Positions 9,916-18,975 of a stretch of DNA of 64,000 nucleotides are shown here, one piece after another. The notes below the pieces were generated by a model, which did not search any database, was not told the origin of the DNA, and saw nothing but the letters and a program-made list of their open reading frames with translations. Numbering within the stretch: the first letter of the stretch is position 1; each line of letters begins with the position of its first letter. The stretch lies in contig DAIQMY010000001.1 in the NCBI GenBank assembly GCA_036788695.1, positions 313,773-377,772 on the forward strand, read 5' to 3'. Position numbers and translations under genes: made by a program. Origin of the DNA: Candidatus Levyibacteriota bacterium. GTDB lineage: Bacteria > Patescibacteriota > Microgenomatia > Levybacterales > GWA1-39-11.

Positions 9916-10224
9916 ATGCCAAAAGGAAGAATAAGAGTTAGACTAAAATCATATGATCCCAGGATTATAGATAGTACGTGTCAACAAATCTTAGACACGG
10001 CAATTCGTACTGGAGCAAAAGTAGTTGGTCCTGTACCTCTTCCTACTCAACGATCTATGTTTGCAGTTAATAAATCTGCGTTTGTTGATAAAAACGCGCA
10101 AGAACATTTTCAAATTAAAACACATAAACGCCTTATTGATATTATGTCCCCAACAGATAACACTATAGAATCCTTAATCCACTTAGATCTCCCAGCAGGT
10201 GTGGATGTAGAAATTAAGATGTAA
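9916..10224 (+). CDS. rpsJ: 30S ribosomal protein S10
   Basis: MPKGRIRVRLKSYD... Shine-Dalgarno AAGGAG 7 nt upstream of ATG 9916. The ORF-track start at 9898 is a TTG inside the terminator T-tract. Confidence 0.95.
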   Translation: MPKGRIRVRLKSYDPRIIDSTCQQILDTAIRTGAKVVGPVPLPTQRSMFAVNKSAFVDKNAQEHFQIKTHKRLIDIMSPTDNTIESLIHLDLPAGVDVEIKM

Positions 10225-10225
10225 C

Positions 10226-10600
10226 ATGTCTTTATTGGAAAGAATACGTGCTCCATTTAAAAAAGCAAATCATTTTCCACCCGTGGTTTTTCCCTCAAGT
10301 AAAGAAGTAAAGAAGACCCCCACAACTGAAAATCCATATGCGAATAATTCTTTAAATGACTTTTTAAAGATTAATTCATTTGAAAAATTATCAACAGAAG
10401 AGCGGATTCAAATTTCTAAAAACCTTCGCAAGATGGCAGAAGAAGCAGAGAGCGAATTTCATGAAAAAAGTGCGATTCGAGACAGAGATGAGAGCGTGAA
10501 ACTTATGAGAATAGTGTTTGAATTGGAGAAAATGAATAATTACCAGACAGATACATCTGAGGTGAATCAGGATTTTTCATCTTCCAAGCATCTAAAATAG
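10226..10600 (+). CDS. Hypothetical hydrophilic K/E-rich protein inserted between rpsJ and rplC
   Basis: 124-aa ORF starting 2 nt after the rpsJ stop. No recognisable domain. Codon usage resembles neighbours. Confidence 0.45.
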   Translation: MSLLERIRAPFKKANHFPPVVFPSSKEVKKTPTTENPYANNSLNDFLKINSFEKLSTEERIQISKNLRKMAEEAESEFHEKSAIRDRDESVKLMRIVFELEKMNNYQTDTSEVNQDFSSSKHLK

Positions 10601-10750
10601 ATGGGATACGTTTCCATAGAGAGTTTAGCCTCGTTGCGAGCTTGCATTTTGCTTACGACTTCTATATAATAACTTTTACTCATGTTTAGGTTTACTACCG
10701 AGACTGAATGGAACACTACATAAGAGCTTAGCTGCATTTTTTTGCGTATG

Positions 10751-10778
10751 AAGCGACTTTATGTAGTCGCTTTTTTTG
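10751..10778 (+). promoter_or_regulatory. Terminator-like hairpin + U-tract immediately upstream of rplC start (putative attenuator)
   Basis: AAGCGACT-TTATGT-AGTCGCTT, a perfect 8-bp stem, followed by T7. It ends 12 nt before the rplC ATG. Confidence 0.5.
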
Positions 10779-10789
10779 TGTTTAAACAT

Positions 10790-11671
10790 ATGTCTTTACA
10801 AGCAATTATTGGGAAAAAAATAGATCAGACGCAGGCATTTCTGGAAGACGGAAGACGAATTCCTCTTTCACTGATTTCTGTGTCTGGAAATGTTATTGCA
10901 CAAGTAAAGACATTGGAAAAGGACAAATATACGTCTGTACAGCTTGGATTTGGAGATAAAAAAAAGGTAAATAAAGCAACAGAAGGACATGTAAAAAAAG
11001 CGGGACTTACAAAAACACCCCGCTTTTTTCGTGAAGTAAAAGTTGAAGATATCACAGGATATGAGGTTGGGACAGTCGTAAACGTTGAGGAAATGCTTGA
11101 GCTAGGAGACGTTATTGATGTAACTGGAACATCAAAGGGAAAAGGATATGCTGGGGTAGTTAAAAGACATGGGTTTAAAGGTGGACCGAGAACGCACGGA
11201 CAGTCTGATCGTGAACGCGCGCCTGGTTCAATCGGTCAAACAACAACACCTGGACGTGTTTATAAGGGAAAAAGGATGTCCGGGCGTATGGGAAATGAGC
11301 GTGTGACTATTAAAAATCTGACAGTAGTTGATATTAAAGATGGCATAATTTATGTTCGTGGTTTGGTTCCAGGGGTGAAGGGGTCATTAGTAATGATTTC
11401 AAAAGTGAAAGAAGATAAGAGAAGTAGAGCCACAAAGAAGAAATTTGTTCCTCTTTTCTCAATCAAAGAAGAGGTTCTTGAAGAAAAAAGCGTAGAGCCT
11501 GTTGTTGTAGAGACTGTAGAAGTTGAGACACTTCCCGAAGATCCACAAAAAGTTGTTGAAGAAAAGATAGAGGAAACAGCTGCGCCTATAGAAATAGCAA
11601 AAGAAGAAGTAAAAGTAGACGATAAACCTAAAAAAGAAGCTGTATCTGAAGGAAAAGAGGAGGATAAGTAA
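10790..11671 (+). CDS. rplC: 50S ribosomal protein L3 with long K/E-rich C-terminal extension
   Basis: MSLQAIIGKKIDQTQAF start. L3 core through ~residue 200, then ~90 aa charged tail (KVKEDKRSRATKKK...EGKEEDK). Confidence 0.9.
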   Translation: MSLQAIIGKKIDQTQAFLEDGRRIPLSLISVSGNVIAQVKTLEKDKYTSVQLGFGDKKKVNKATEGHVKKAGLTKTPRFFREVKVEDITGYEVGTVVNVEEMLELGDVIDVTGTSKGKGYAGVVKRHGFKGGPRTHGQSDRERAPGSIGQTTTPGRVYKGKRMSGRMGNERVTIKNLTVVDIKDGIIYVRGLVPGVKGSLVMISKVKEDKRSRATKKKFVPLFSIKEEVLEEKSVEPVVVETVEVETLPEDPQKVVEEKIEETAAPIEIAKEEVKVDDKPKKEAVSEGKEEDK

Positions 11672-11673
11672 TT

Positions 11674-12465
11674 ATGGCTGAAAAAAAGATAAAAAAAGAA
11701 GCAAGCGCACAAAAGACAAAAACTCTTGATAAAAAAACAGTGGTGAAGCCCGTAAAGGAGAATGTGAAGATTATGAAAGATACAAAAAAGAGCAAAATGA
11801 AAACAAACGAGCCAAAGGACGCAGTAATCTCCACAAAAGAAACATTTTCAGTAGATGTATATGGATTAGATGGCAAGGTATCAGGGAAGGTAAATATTCC
11901 CACTGAAATCTTTAAAGCAAAGGTAAACCTTACTTTAATGGCTCAGGCTGTAAGAGTATATCTTGCAACGCAAAGAAGCGGAACATCTTCTACAAAAACA
12001 AGATCAGAAGTTTCAGGAACAACAAAGAAGATGTATCGCCAGAAGGGTACGGGTCGTGCGCGCCATGGAGCCGCAAAAGCGCCTATTTTTGTGGGTGGTG
12101 GAATTGCTTTTGGTCCAAAACCGAGAAGCTTTGCTCTAACCCTTCCGAAGAAAATGAGAAGGAAAGCGCTTTTCTCTGCCTTAACAAGTAAGTATTCAGA
12201 AAATAATCTTATGATTTTAGATGCAGCACAGGCTACAGGGAAAACAAAAGAAATTGTAAACACATTTAAAAATCTTGGACTAACAAAAAAAGTAACTATT
12301 GTGGTTACTCCAGAAGAAAAACAGATTTCCCGTGCAGCAAGAAATATTAAGGGAGTAACAGTTGAGCACGCTGCAAACTTAAATACCTATAGCGTTTTAA
12401 ATAGTAATACTGTTATTTTTGCAAAAGATGCACTTAGTATTTTGCAGAGTACGTTTTTAAAATAA
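11674..12465 (+). CDS. rplD: 50S ribosomal protein L4 with K-rich N-terminal extension
   Basis: L4 core (GTGRARHGA...PIFVGGG...FGP). ~55-aa lysine-rich N-terminal leader. Confidence 0.9.
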   Translation: MAEKKIKKEASAQKTKTLDKKTVVKPVKENVKIMKDTKKSKMKTNEPKDAVISTKETFSVDVYGLDGKVSGKVNIPTEIFKAKVNLTLMAQAVRVYLATQRSGTSSTKTRSEVSGTTKKMYRQKGTGRARHGAAKAPIFVGGGIAFGPKPRSFALTLPKKMRRKALFSALTSKYSENNLMILDAAQATGKTKEIVNTFKNLGLTKKVTIVVTPEEKQISRAARNIKGVTVEHAANLNTYSVLNSNTVIFAKDALSILQSTFLK

Positions 12466-12466
12466 T

Positions 12467-12817
12467 ATGAAAACTATAATTATTAAACCATTAATTACAG
12501 AAACGTCTATGAAGGATGCAGCTTCAAACAAATTTACGTTTTCTGTTTTTAAAGATGCTACAAAGACAGAGATAAAGAAAGCAGTTGAGAAAACATTTAA
12601 CGTACACGTTATAGGAGTTACAACCCTGAATTTAACAAGGCGAAAAACTGTATTTACCAAATTTGGTCGTAAAAAAACTACTGAGAATATAAAAAAAGCA
12701 CGAGTAGAACTTGAAAAAGGACAAACCATTCCAGCATTTGAAGTTGATGGTAAAAAAGAAGAACCAACTGTTAAAAAAGAGAAAAAAGAAAAGAACAAAA
12801 AAGAAGAAAGTAAGTAA
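12467..12817 (+). CDS. rplW: 50S ribosomal protein L23 with K/E-rich C-terminal tail
   Basis: L23 core (FTFSVFKDATKTEIKKAVEKTFNV.V). Tail KKEEPTVKKEKKEKNKKEESK. Confidence 0.85.
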   Translation: MKTIIIKPLITETSMKDAASNKFTFSVFKDATKTEIKKAVEKTFNVHVIGVTTLNLTRRKTVFTKFGRKKTTENIKKARVELEKGQTIPAFEVDGKKEEPTVKKEKKEKNKKEESK

Positions 12818-12819
12818 GT

Positions 12820-13569
12820 ATGACAAAAGCACTAAAACATATTTTAAAAAAGAATTCAGGAAGAGATTCTTCTGGCCAGGTTATGGTGAGATACCAAGGG
12901 GGGAGACACAAGAGATTTTACAGAGATATAGACTTTAAGAGAAATAAGCATGGGATAGAGGCAGAGGTAGTAGAGATTGAATATGATCCGAATAGGTCAG
13001 CTGATATAGCATTATTGCAATATAAAGATGGAGAGAGACGGTATATTTTGTGTCCTGTAGGTCTTGAAGTAGGAATGACTGTTTCAGCAGGGGATACAGT
13101 AGATTTGAAGCCTGGTAATGCCCTACGTCTCATTCAAATACCCGTAGGTACTTTCGTGCATAATATTGAGCTTACATTTGGACGTGGAGGACAAATAGCA
13201 AGGTCAGCAGGAGATCAGGCAGTAGTTACTGCACGTGAAGGTGAATATGTGCATGTGAAGATGCCTTCAGGTGAGGTAAGGCGCATTTTAGGTAAAAATT
13301 ATGCTACAATCGGCCAGGTAGGAAACGTTTTATGGAAAGACCGCGTGCTTGGAAAAGCCGGAGCAGCTCGCCATATGGGTATCCGTCCTCACGTACGAGG
13401 CGTTGCTATGAATCCTCGTTCTCATCCTCATGGTGGAGGAGAAGGAAGAAGCGGGATAGGTATGAGTAGTCCTAAAACGTATGCAGGAAGAAAAGCCGTA
13501 GGAAAAACAAGACGACCAAAAAAATACTCAAATAAGTTTATAATTTTACGAAGAAAGAAAGGTAAATAA
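12820..13569 (+). CDS. rplB: 50S ribosomal protein L2 (lacks conserved N-terminal ~25 aa)
   Basis: [32 protein letters not shown] motifs. Begins at the position equivalent to E. coli L2 residue ~30. No KPTSPGRR segment in any frame upstream. Confidence 0.9.
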   Translation: MTKALKHILKKNSGRDSSGQVMVRYQGGRHKRFYRDIDFKRNKHGIEAEVVEIEYDPNRSADIALLQYKDGERRYILCPVGLEVGMTVSAGDTVDLKPGNALRLIQIPVGTFVHNIELTFGRGGQIARSAGDQAVVTAREGEYVHVKMPSGEVRRILGKNYATIGQVGNVLWKDRVLGKAGAARHMGIRPHVRGVAMNPRSHPHGGGEGRSGIGMSSPKTYAGRKAVGKTRRPKKYSNKFIILRRKKGK

Positions 13570-13598
13570 GAAAAGTATATCTTTTCTCAGATAAGAAT

Positions 13599-13883
13599 AT
13601 GTCAAGATCACTAAAAAAAGGACCATATATAGATGAGCGAATTATGAAGAAGGTGCAAGCCCAAAAGGCGAATGGATCAAGCGATCCAATAAAAACATGG
13701 TCACGCGCATGCCAAATTCCACCGGAATTTGTAGGACATACATTCCTTGTGCACCAAGGAAAACATTTTGTGACAGTTAAGGTAACTGAAGGTATGGTTG
13801 GGCACAGATTAGGGGAATTCGCGCAGACGAGATTATTTAAGGGACATGGTAGAATTGTCGCTCGTGAGATATCAAAGACCTAA
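13599..13883 (+). CDS. rpsS: 30S ribosomal protein S19
   Basis: [12 protein letters not shown]...[26 protein letters not shown]. Confidence 0.95.
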   Translation: MSRSLKKGPYIDERIMKKVQAQKANGSSDPIKTWSRACQIPPEFVGHTFLVHQGKHFVTVKVTEGMVGHRLGEFAQTRLFKGHGRIVAREISKT

Positions 13884-13902
13884 TGGTTTTTATATATAAA
13901 AT

Positions 13903-14346
13903 ATGCAATACGTAGCAGAAGCAAAAAATGTTAGAATATCACCTCGGAAGATGAGGTTGGTAGTTGATGGGGTAAGGAAAATGCCAATAGATAAGGCAAT
14001 AGCAACTCTTTCAATAGCAAGTCAGAGAGCGTCTGACCCTATTAAAAAGGCCTTGGAAAGTGCTATTGCGAATGCGGTTCATAATGGTCAGGTTAAAAAA
14101 GAGGAGCTATATATATTTGAAATGTTTGTAAATGAAGGAACCTCATATAAAAGGTTCCACTATGCAGGAAGAGGAAGGACACGACCATATAAGAAGAGAT
14201 CAAGTCACTTAAAAGTGATACTTGGAGTAAAGGACGTAATAGCAAATCCTTTAACTGAGATTGAAGAAGGAAAAAAAGACGAAAAACCAATGAAGACAAT
14301 AAAGAAAAGAGAAACTAAGAAAGGAGAAAAACAAGTTAGTAAATAA
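13903..14346 (+). CDS. rplV: 50S ribosomal protein L22 with K-rich C-terminal tail
   Basis: L22 core (AEAKNVRISPRKMRLV). Tail EEGKKDEKPMKTIKKRETKKGEKQVSK. Confidence 0.9.
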   Translation: MQYVAEAKNVRISPRKMRLVVDGVRKMPIDKAIATLSIASQRASDPIKKALESAIANAVHNGQVKKEELYIFEMFVNEGTSYKRFHYAGRGRTRPYKKRSSHLKVILGVKDVIANPLTEIEEGKKDEKPMKTIKKRETKKGEKQVSK

Positions 14347-14367
14347 CTTGCTGAATAATTAAACCAA

Positions 14368-15012
14368 ATGGGACAAAAAGTTAACCCAATTGCATTAAGA
14401 CTTGGAGGTCATCAGAGCTTTTTAAGCGTCGGATACTATTCTAAGAAAATGTATCCTAAGATTACCCTTCAGGATATAAAAATTCGGGAAATGCTTTATA
14501 AAAAGCTAAAGCAAGCGGGGGTTGGAAGGATTGTAATAGAAAGATCAGTCAGTACAATTAAAATTACAATATTTGTAGTTCGTCCCGGAATAGTAATAGG
14601 GCGAGGAGGAAGTGGGCTTGAAGATATTAAAAGAATGGTGCTGGGGATGTTATTTGAGCCTAAAAAAGATAAAAAAAATCAACCAAGAGTAGAATTAAAG
14701 GTGGAACCAGTTAAAGACCCTAATCTATCAGCATTCTTAGTTGCATCTAATATTTCAGATCAACTCATAAGGAGAATGCCTTTTAGGAGAATTATGAAGC
14801 AGTCAATTGAAAAGGTTATGGGAAGTGGAGCTAAGGGAGTAAGAATAGTTTTAGCAGGAAGAATCAATGGGGCAGAGATTGGACGTCGTGAGAGATTGCA
14901 GGTTGGAAAAGTATCACTTTCAACAATCCGAGAAGATATTGATTACGCGAGTGTCCCAGCTCTTACAAAATCTGGGTATATAGGAGTGAAAGTATGGATA
15001 GATCGGGGATAA
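14368..15012 (+). CDS. rpsC: 30S ribosomal protein S3
   Basis: MGQKVNPIALRLG... KH domain GRGGSGLEDIK. Confidence 0.95.
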   Translation: MGQKVNPIALRLGGHQSFLSVGYYSKKMYPKITLQDIKIREMLYKKLKQAGVGRIVIERSVSTIKITIFVVRPGIVIGRGGSGLEDIKRMVLGMLFEPKKDKKNQPRVELKVEPVKDPNLSAFLVASNISDQLIRRMPFRRIMKQSIEKVMGSGAKGVRIVLAGRINGAEIGRRERLQVGKVSLSTIREDIDYASVPALTKSGYIGVKVWIDRG

Positions 15013-15049
15013 ATAGAGTGAAGGATAATTTGAAATTTAATTAAATAAT

Positions 15050-15460
15050 ATGTTAACACCAAGAAGAACAAAATATAGAAAACAATTTAGACCAAAAACG
15101 GTTGAAAAACCATCTAGGGGTGGAAATTATGTAGCCTTTGGAGAGTTTGGATTAAAGGCTATGAATTCAGGAAATGTTTCAAGTAGGCAGATAGAGGCAG
15201 GGAGAAAGGCTATGACCCATTTTACAAAAAGAGGCGGACGTATCTGGATTCGAATTTTTCCTGATCGCCCAACTACTCGCAAGCCGCCTGAGACGAGAAT
15301 GGGTGGAGGTAAGGGTGATTTGCATGAATATGTAGCACCTGTTCAGACTGGAAGAATAATTTTTGAAATGGGTGGAATACCAGAAACTATAGCTCGAGAA
15401 GCAATGAGATTGGCAGCAAATAAGCTACCTATAAAATGCAGAGTAGTTGAAAGAAAATAG
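15050..15460 (+). CDS. rplP: 50S ribosomal protein L16
   Basis: MLTPRRTKYRKQFR... Confidence 0.95.
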   Translation: MLTPRRTKYRKQFRPKTVEKPSRGGNYVAFGEFGLKAMNSGNVSSRQIEAGRKAMTHFTKRGGRIWIRIFPDRPTTRKPPETRMGGGKGDLHEYVAPVQTGRIIFEMGGIPETIAREAMRLAANKLPIKCRVVERK

Positions 15461-15478
15461 AAGAAAAAGATTAAAATT

Positions 15479-15694
15479 ATGAAAAAGAAAGATTTAGAAA
15501 ATTTGCGCTTGAAAACAAAAAATGAACTCACTGTTCTTGCGGGCTCACTTTGGATTGAAATCATGAAGGCACAAATAGACAAGAAAACTAGTGGTAAAGT
15601 AAAAAATGTGAATGAGGCAAAAAATAAGATGAAAGACAGAGCACGAATTTTAACAATTATTGGAGAAAAGGAAAGGGAGGTAAAACATGTCTAA
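15479..15694 (+). CDS. rpmC: 50S ribosomal protein L29
   Basis: 71 aa. DLENLRLKTKNELTVLAGSL matches the L29 helix. Confidence 0.85.
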   Translation: MKKKDLENLRLKTKNELTVLAGSLWIEIMKAQIDKKTSGKVKNVNEAKNKMKDRARILTIIGEKEREVKHV

Positions 15695-15935
15695 AAAAAC
15701 ATTTATTGGAAAAGTAGTTTCAGACAAGATGAAGAACACTATAATCGTTGCAATTGAAAGAAATATTGCGCACCCACGTTATGGGAAACTGATTAAAAGA
15801 ACACAAAAACTTATGGCTGATACGGGTGGGGTGGATGTAGTTGTTGGTGATACCGTTAAGATTGAAGAGATCAAACCAATGAGTAAAAATAAAAATTTTA
15901 AAGTTGTGAAAAAGGAGGAGGACAAGTCTAAGTAA
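15687..15935 (+). CDS. rpsQ: 30S ribosomal protein S17
   Basis: FIGKVVSDKMKNTIIVAIER...HPRYGK. Confidence 0.9.
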   Translation: MSKKTFIGKVVSDKMKNTIIVAIERNIAHPRYGKLIKRTQKLMADTGGVDVVVGDTVKIEEIKPMSKNKNFKVVKKEEDKSK

Positions 15936-15951
15936 ATATATGCTCAACTCA

Positions 15952-15988
15952 TCCCGATAGATCGGGACGAGCCTCAACATATTTTTTT
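15952..15988 (+). promoter_or_regulatory. Hairpin + T-tract at S10/spc operon boundary (putative attenuator/processing site)
   Basis: 7-bp stem TCCCGAT/ATCGGGA (15952-15967). T7 at 15982-15988. It sits in the 72-bp gap between rpsQ and rplN, which is the S10/spc operon boundary in E. coli. Confidence 0.35.
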
Positions 15989-16007
15989 CTTGATAAACTC
16001 ATAAAAA

Positions 16008-16382
16008 ATGGTACAACACAGAACAAAATTAATAGTTGCAGATAATTCAGGCGTTAAAGAGCTGATGGTAATCCACATTTATGGTGGATCAACAAGAAGG
16101 AAAGGTCATATTGGTAGTATTCTTGGATGTGTTGTTAAGAGGTCACTTCCAAATACTCAGTTTAAAAAGGGTGACAAGGTAAAAGCAGTACTGGTTCGCT
16201 CAAGGAAAGAATTTAAGAGAATTGACGGAACATATATTAGATTTTCGGAGAACGCAGGAGTTGTTATTGAGAATGCGGAAACAAAAAACCCTGTAGGAAC
16301 AAGAATTTTTGGTCCTATAGCACGAGAGATTAAAGAGGAGGGGTTTGCAAAGATTGCATCTTTAGCAAGTCACGTTGTTTAA
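16008..16382 (+). CDS. rplN: 50S ribosomal protein L14
   Basis: [19 protein letters not shown]...IRF..NA.V......P.GTRIFGP.ARE. Confidence 0.95.
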   Translation: MVQHRTKLIVADNSGVKELMVIHIYGGSTRRKGHIGSILGCVVKRSLPNTQFKKGDKVKAVLVRSRKEFKRIDGTYIRFSENAGVVIENAETKNPVGTRIFGPIAREIKEEGFAKIASLASHVV

Positions 16383-16398
16383 GAAAGGAATTATAAAA

Positions 16399-16698
16399 AT
16401 GAAAATAAAAAAAGGAGATACAGTTAAAATTACTCGCGGAAAAGATAAGGGAAAAGAGGGAATTGTTGAAAAAGTGAAAGCAGGAACAATTGTTGTTCCA
16501 GGAGTAAATGAATTCAAGAGACACATAAAGAAGAGTGCAACTGGACAAAAGTCTGAGATTGTTACTATTACAAAACCAATGCAGGCTTCAGTAGTTGCGC
16601 TTATTTGTCCAAAGTGTAAAAAGCAAACACGTATTGGGTATTTGATAAAAGAAGGCGGAAAAGTAAGAATCTGTAGAAAATGCAAAAAAGAGATTTAA
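16399..16698 (+). CDS. rplX: 50S ribosomal protein L24 with C-terminal 4-Cys zinc-ribbon
   Basis: KOW motif KIKKGDTVKITRGKDKGKEG. Start likely ATG 16399, with AAGGAA SD. The ORF-track start 16375 overlaps rplN. C-terminus CPKC...(15 aa)...CRKC. Confidence 0.88.
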   Translation: MKIKKGDTVKITRGKDKGKEGIVEKVKAGTIVVPGVNEFKRHIKKSATGQKSEIVTITKPMQASVVALICPKCKKQTRIGYLIKEGGKVRICRKCKKEI

Positions 16699-16713
16699 AA
16701 AAATACTAAAACT

Positions 16714-16827
16714 ATGAAAGTACAAGCGTCAATAAAAAAAAGATGTAAAAAATGCAAGGTTATTAAAAGACGAGGAGTCCTGTTTATAATTTGTGAGATT
16801 CCAAAACATAAACAAAGACAGGGATAA
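16714..16827 (+). CDS. rpmJ: 50S ribosomal protein L36
   Basis: 37-aa ORF not in the ORF track, read by hand: [37 protein letters not shown]. Matches the L36 C-x2-C-x12-C-x4-H zinc-ribbon consensus. Confidence 0.9.
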   Translation: MKVQASIKKRCKKCKVIKRRGVLFIICEIPKHKQRQG

Positions 16828-16853
16828 GTTCAGATAATACTATAAATAAAATT

Positions 16854-17396
16854 ATGCAATCATACAAAGAAACATTTGAGAAAGAGATTATAAAAAAGCT
16901 TCAGCAAGATTTGGGGCTTAAAAATGTAATGTCTGTGCCTAGACTGAAAAAAATTGTGGTAAACACCAGTACTAAGGATTTTCTTTCTGATAAGAAAAAT
17001 TTGGAGCGGGCAGCAGAAGACCTGGGGACAATTACTGGACAAAAGGCAAGGATAGCTCGGGCAAAGGTATCTATCGCAACATTTAAGTTGAGAGAGGGAG
17101 ACAAGCTTGGTCTAGTTGTAACCCTAAGAGGCAAGAGGATGTATGATTTTTATGAAAAACTTGTTAAAATTGTCTTTCCTCGGGTTCGAGATTTTTCAGG
17201 TGTATCCGAGAAGTGGTTGGATGGACAGGGAAATTTAAGTATTGGCTTTTCAGAAAATACAGTGTTTCCTGAAATAGATCCAGGAAAGGTAGAAAAAATA
17301 CGTTCATTACAGGTAACAATTGTTACAAATGCGGAAAACAATAAGCAGGCAAAAGCATTATTTGAGGCAATGGGCATGAAGTTTAGAAAAAATTAA
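16854..17396 (+). CDS. rplE: 50S ribosomal protein L5
   Basis: 180 aa. [15 protein letters not shown] motifs. Confidence 0.95.
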   Translation: MQSYKETFEKEIIKKLQQDLGLKNVMSVPRLKKIVVNTSTKDFLSDKKNLERAAEDLGTITGQKARIARAKVSIATFKLREGDKLGLVVTLRGKRMYDFYEKLVKIVFPRVRDFSGVSEKWLDGQGNLSIGFSENTVFPEIDPGKVEKIRSLQVTIVTNAENNKQAKALFEAMGMKFRKN

Positions 17397-17401
17397 AATA
17401 T

Positions 17402-17587
17402 ATGGCAAAAAAATCAAGCATAGTAAAGTTTCAACACAAACAGAAATTTAAAACAAGAGATGTAAACAGGTGCGCACTTTGTGGGCGTTCCCGTTCCTAT
17501 CTACGCCGTTTTGGTTTGTGTAGAATTTGTTTTAGAGAAAAAGCATTGAAAGGAGAATTGCCAGGAGTAACAAAGGCGAGTTGGTAA
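17402..17587 (+). CDS. rpsN: 30S ribosomal protein S14 type Z (zinc-binding)
   Basis: 61 aa. [23 protein letters not shown]. Confidence 0.95.
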   Translation: MAKKSSIVKFQHKQKFKTRDVNRCALCGRSRSYLRRFGLCRICFREKALKGELPGVTKASW

Positions 17588-17599
17588 GAAAATAAATAT

Positions 17600-17986
17600 A
17601 TGTATACTATTGGAGACTTTTTAATTCAAATAAAAAATGGGTATATGGCTCGTAAAAAAGAGCTAGTAGTTCCTTATGCAAAGATAGTGTTATCTATGGG
17701 GCAAATTCTAGCAAAAGAGGGATATATAAAGGCTGTAGAGGTTGTAGATAACAACGGTCGAAAGATGATTGCAATAGAATTGCTTTATAAAAATAAAAGA
17801 CCAGCACTTAAGGATGTGAAGCTTGTTTCAAAACCATCTCTTCACCGATATGTAACAAAAACAAGGATTAAAAGATTTGCGGGGAACTTTGGAATTTCAG
17901 TTGTCTCGACAAGTAGGGGAGTTATGACAGGAAAGGAGGCTTTACAGCAAGGAGTTGGTGGAGAGTTATTGTGTGAGATCTCCTAG
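17600..17986 (+). CDS. rpsH: 30S ribosomal protein S8
   Basis: DFLIQIKNGYMARK... Confidence 0.92.
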   Translation: MYTIGDFLIQIKNGYMARKKELVVPYAKIVLSMGQILAKEGYIKAVEVVDNNGRKMIAIELLYKNKRPALKDVKLVSKPSLHRYVTKTRIKRFAGNFGISVVSTSRGVMTGKEALQQGVGGELLCEIS

Positions 17987-18004
17987 TGATTTGCGTAAAG
18001 ATCT

Positions 18005-18556
18005 ATGTCAAATAATATTGGAAAAAAACTTATTAAGATTGAAGATGGAGTACAGATTCAAATTGCTGATGGGAAAGTAGTGGTAACTGGAGCGAAGGGT
18101 ACTTTATCAGCAAAAATTCCTGAGGGCGTAGAAATAGAAATAACTGATGGGAGTGCAAAAATTAAAAGAACTGAGAAGGATCCCAATTCAGGGAAATATG
18201 CAGGTTTAATTCGTGCAATTCTATCAAATATGGTAGAGGGTGTTTCAAAGGGGTTTAAAAAAGATTTGGAATTGTCAGGGGTTGGATATAGAGCAAAAGT
18301 GGAAGGTAGAGATTTAGTTCTTAATGTAGGATTTGCAAATGCTGTAAGAGTATCTCCTCCGGAAGGGATTACTATTGCGGTTTCTGAAAATACAATTTCT
18401 GTAAGTGGCGTTGATAAGGCACTAATTGGTGATATAGCATCAAAAATTCGTGAGGTTAGAATTCCTGATCCCTATAAAGCAAAAGGAATTAAGTATGCAG
18501 GTGAGAAGATAAGAAGAAAGGTTGGAAAGGCAGCTAAGGCTGTTGGAGGAAAATAA
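18005..18556 (+). CDS. rplF: 50S ribosomal protein L6
   Basis: Two-domain L6 pattern (SNIGKKLIKI...VTGAKGTL...GVGYRA). Confidence 0.92.
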   Translation: MSNNIGKKLIKIEDGVQIQIADGKVVVTGAKGTLSAKIPEGVEIEITDGSAKIKRTEKDPNSGKYAGLIRAILSNMVEGVSKGFKKDLELSGVGYRAKVEGRDLVLNVGFANAVRVSPPEGITIAVSENTISVSGVDKALIGDIASKIREVRIPDPYKAKGIKYAGEKIRRKVGKAAKAVGGK

Positions 18557-18606
18557 CCATTTATAGTATGTAACTTCAAAAAACGAAGAAATAAAATATT
18601 AAAATT

Positions 18607-18972
18607 ATGAAAAGTACAAAAGAAGAAAAAATTAAAAAAATAAGAATTGAAAGAAGAAAGTTGAGGACAAGAAAAAAGATTTTGTCTATGTCTACTTCCC
18701 CAAGACTTTCTGTTTTTCGCTCAAATATGAAAATGTATGCTCAAATCATTGATGATACGAAAGGTATAACCATGGTATCTGTTCATGAAAAAGAGCTGCA
18801 AGAGGCAGTTGGTACAAAGATGGATAAGTCTGGGAAATTAGGAGAGTTGATTGCAAAAAAAGCTCTTGAGAAAAAAATTGAAACAGTAGTTTTTGATAAG
18901 GGATCATATAGATATCATGGACGCGTAAAAGCGTTTGCTGAGGGTGCACGAAAAGGAGGATTAAAATTTTAA
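18607..18972 (+). CDS. rplR: 50S ribosomal protein L18
   Basis: PRLSVFRSNMKMYAQIIDD... Confidence 0.92.
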   Translation: MKSTKEEKIKKIRIERRKLRTRKKILSMSTSPRLSVFRSNMKMYAQIIDDTKGITMVSVHEKELQEAVGTKMDKSGKLGELIAKKALEKKIETVVFDKGSYRYHGRVKAFAEGARKGGLKF

Positions 18973-18975
18973 TAT

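Noticed and set aside
10742-10789. ORF-track N-terminal extension of rplC (MRMKRLYVVAFFVFKH...)
   Set aside because: It starts at TTG and reads through the hairpin/U-tract. L3 consensus begins at MSLQAIIGKK (ATG 10790).
12711-12938. Alternative-frame 75-aa ORF spanning the rplW/rplB junction, considered as the missing L2 N-terminus
   Set aside because: It translates to poly-Lys low-complexity sequence without the KPTSPGRR signature. It is a frame artefact of K/E-rich coding sequence.
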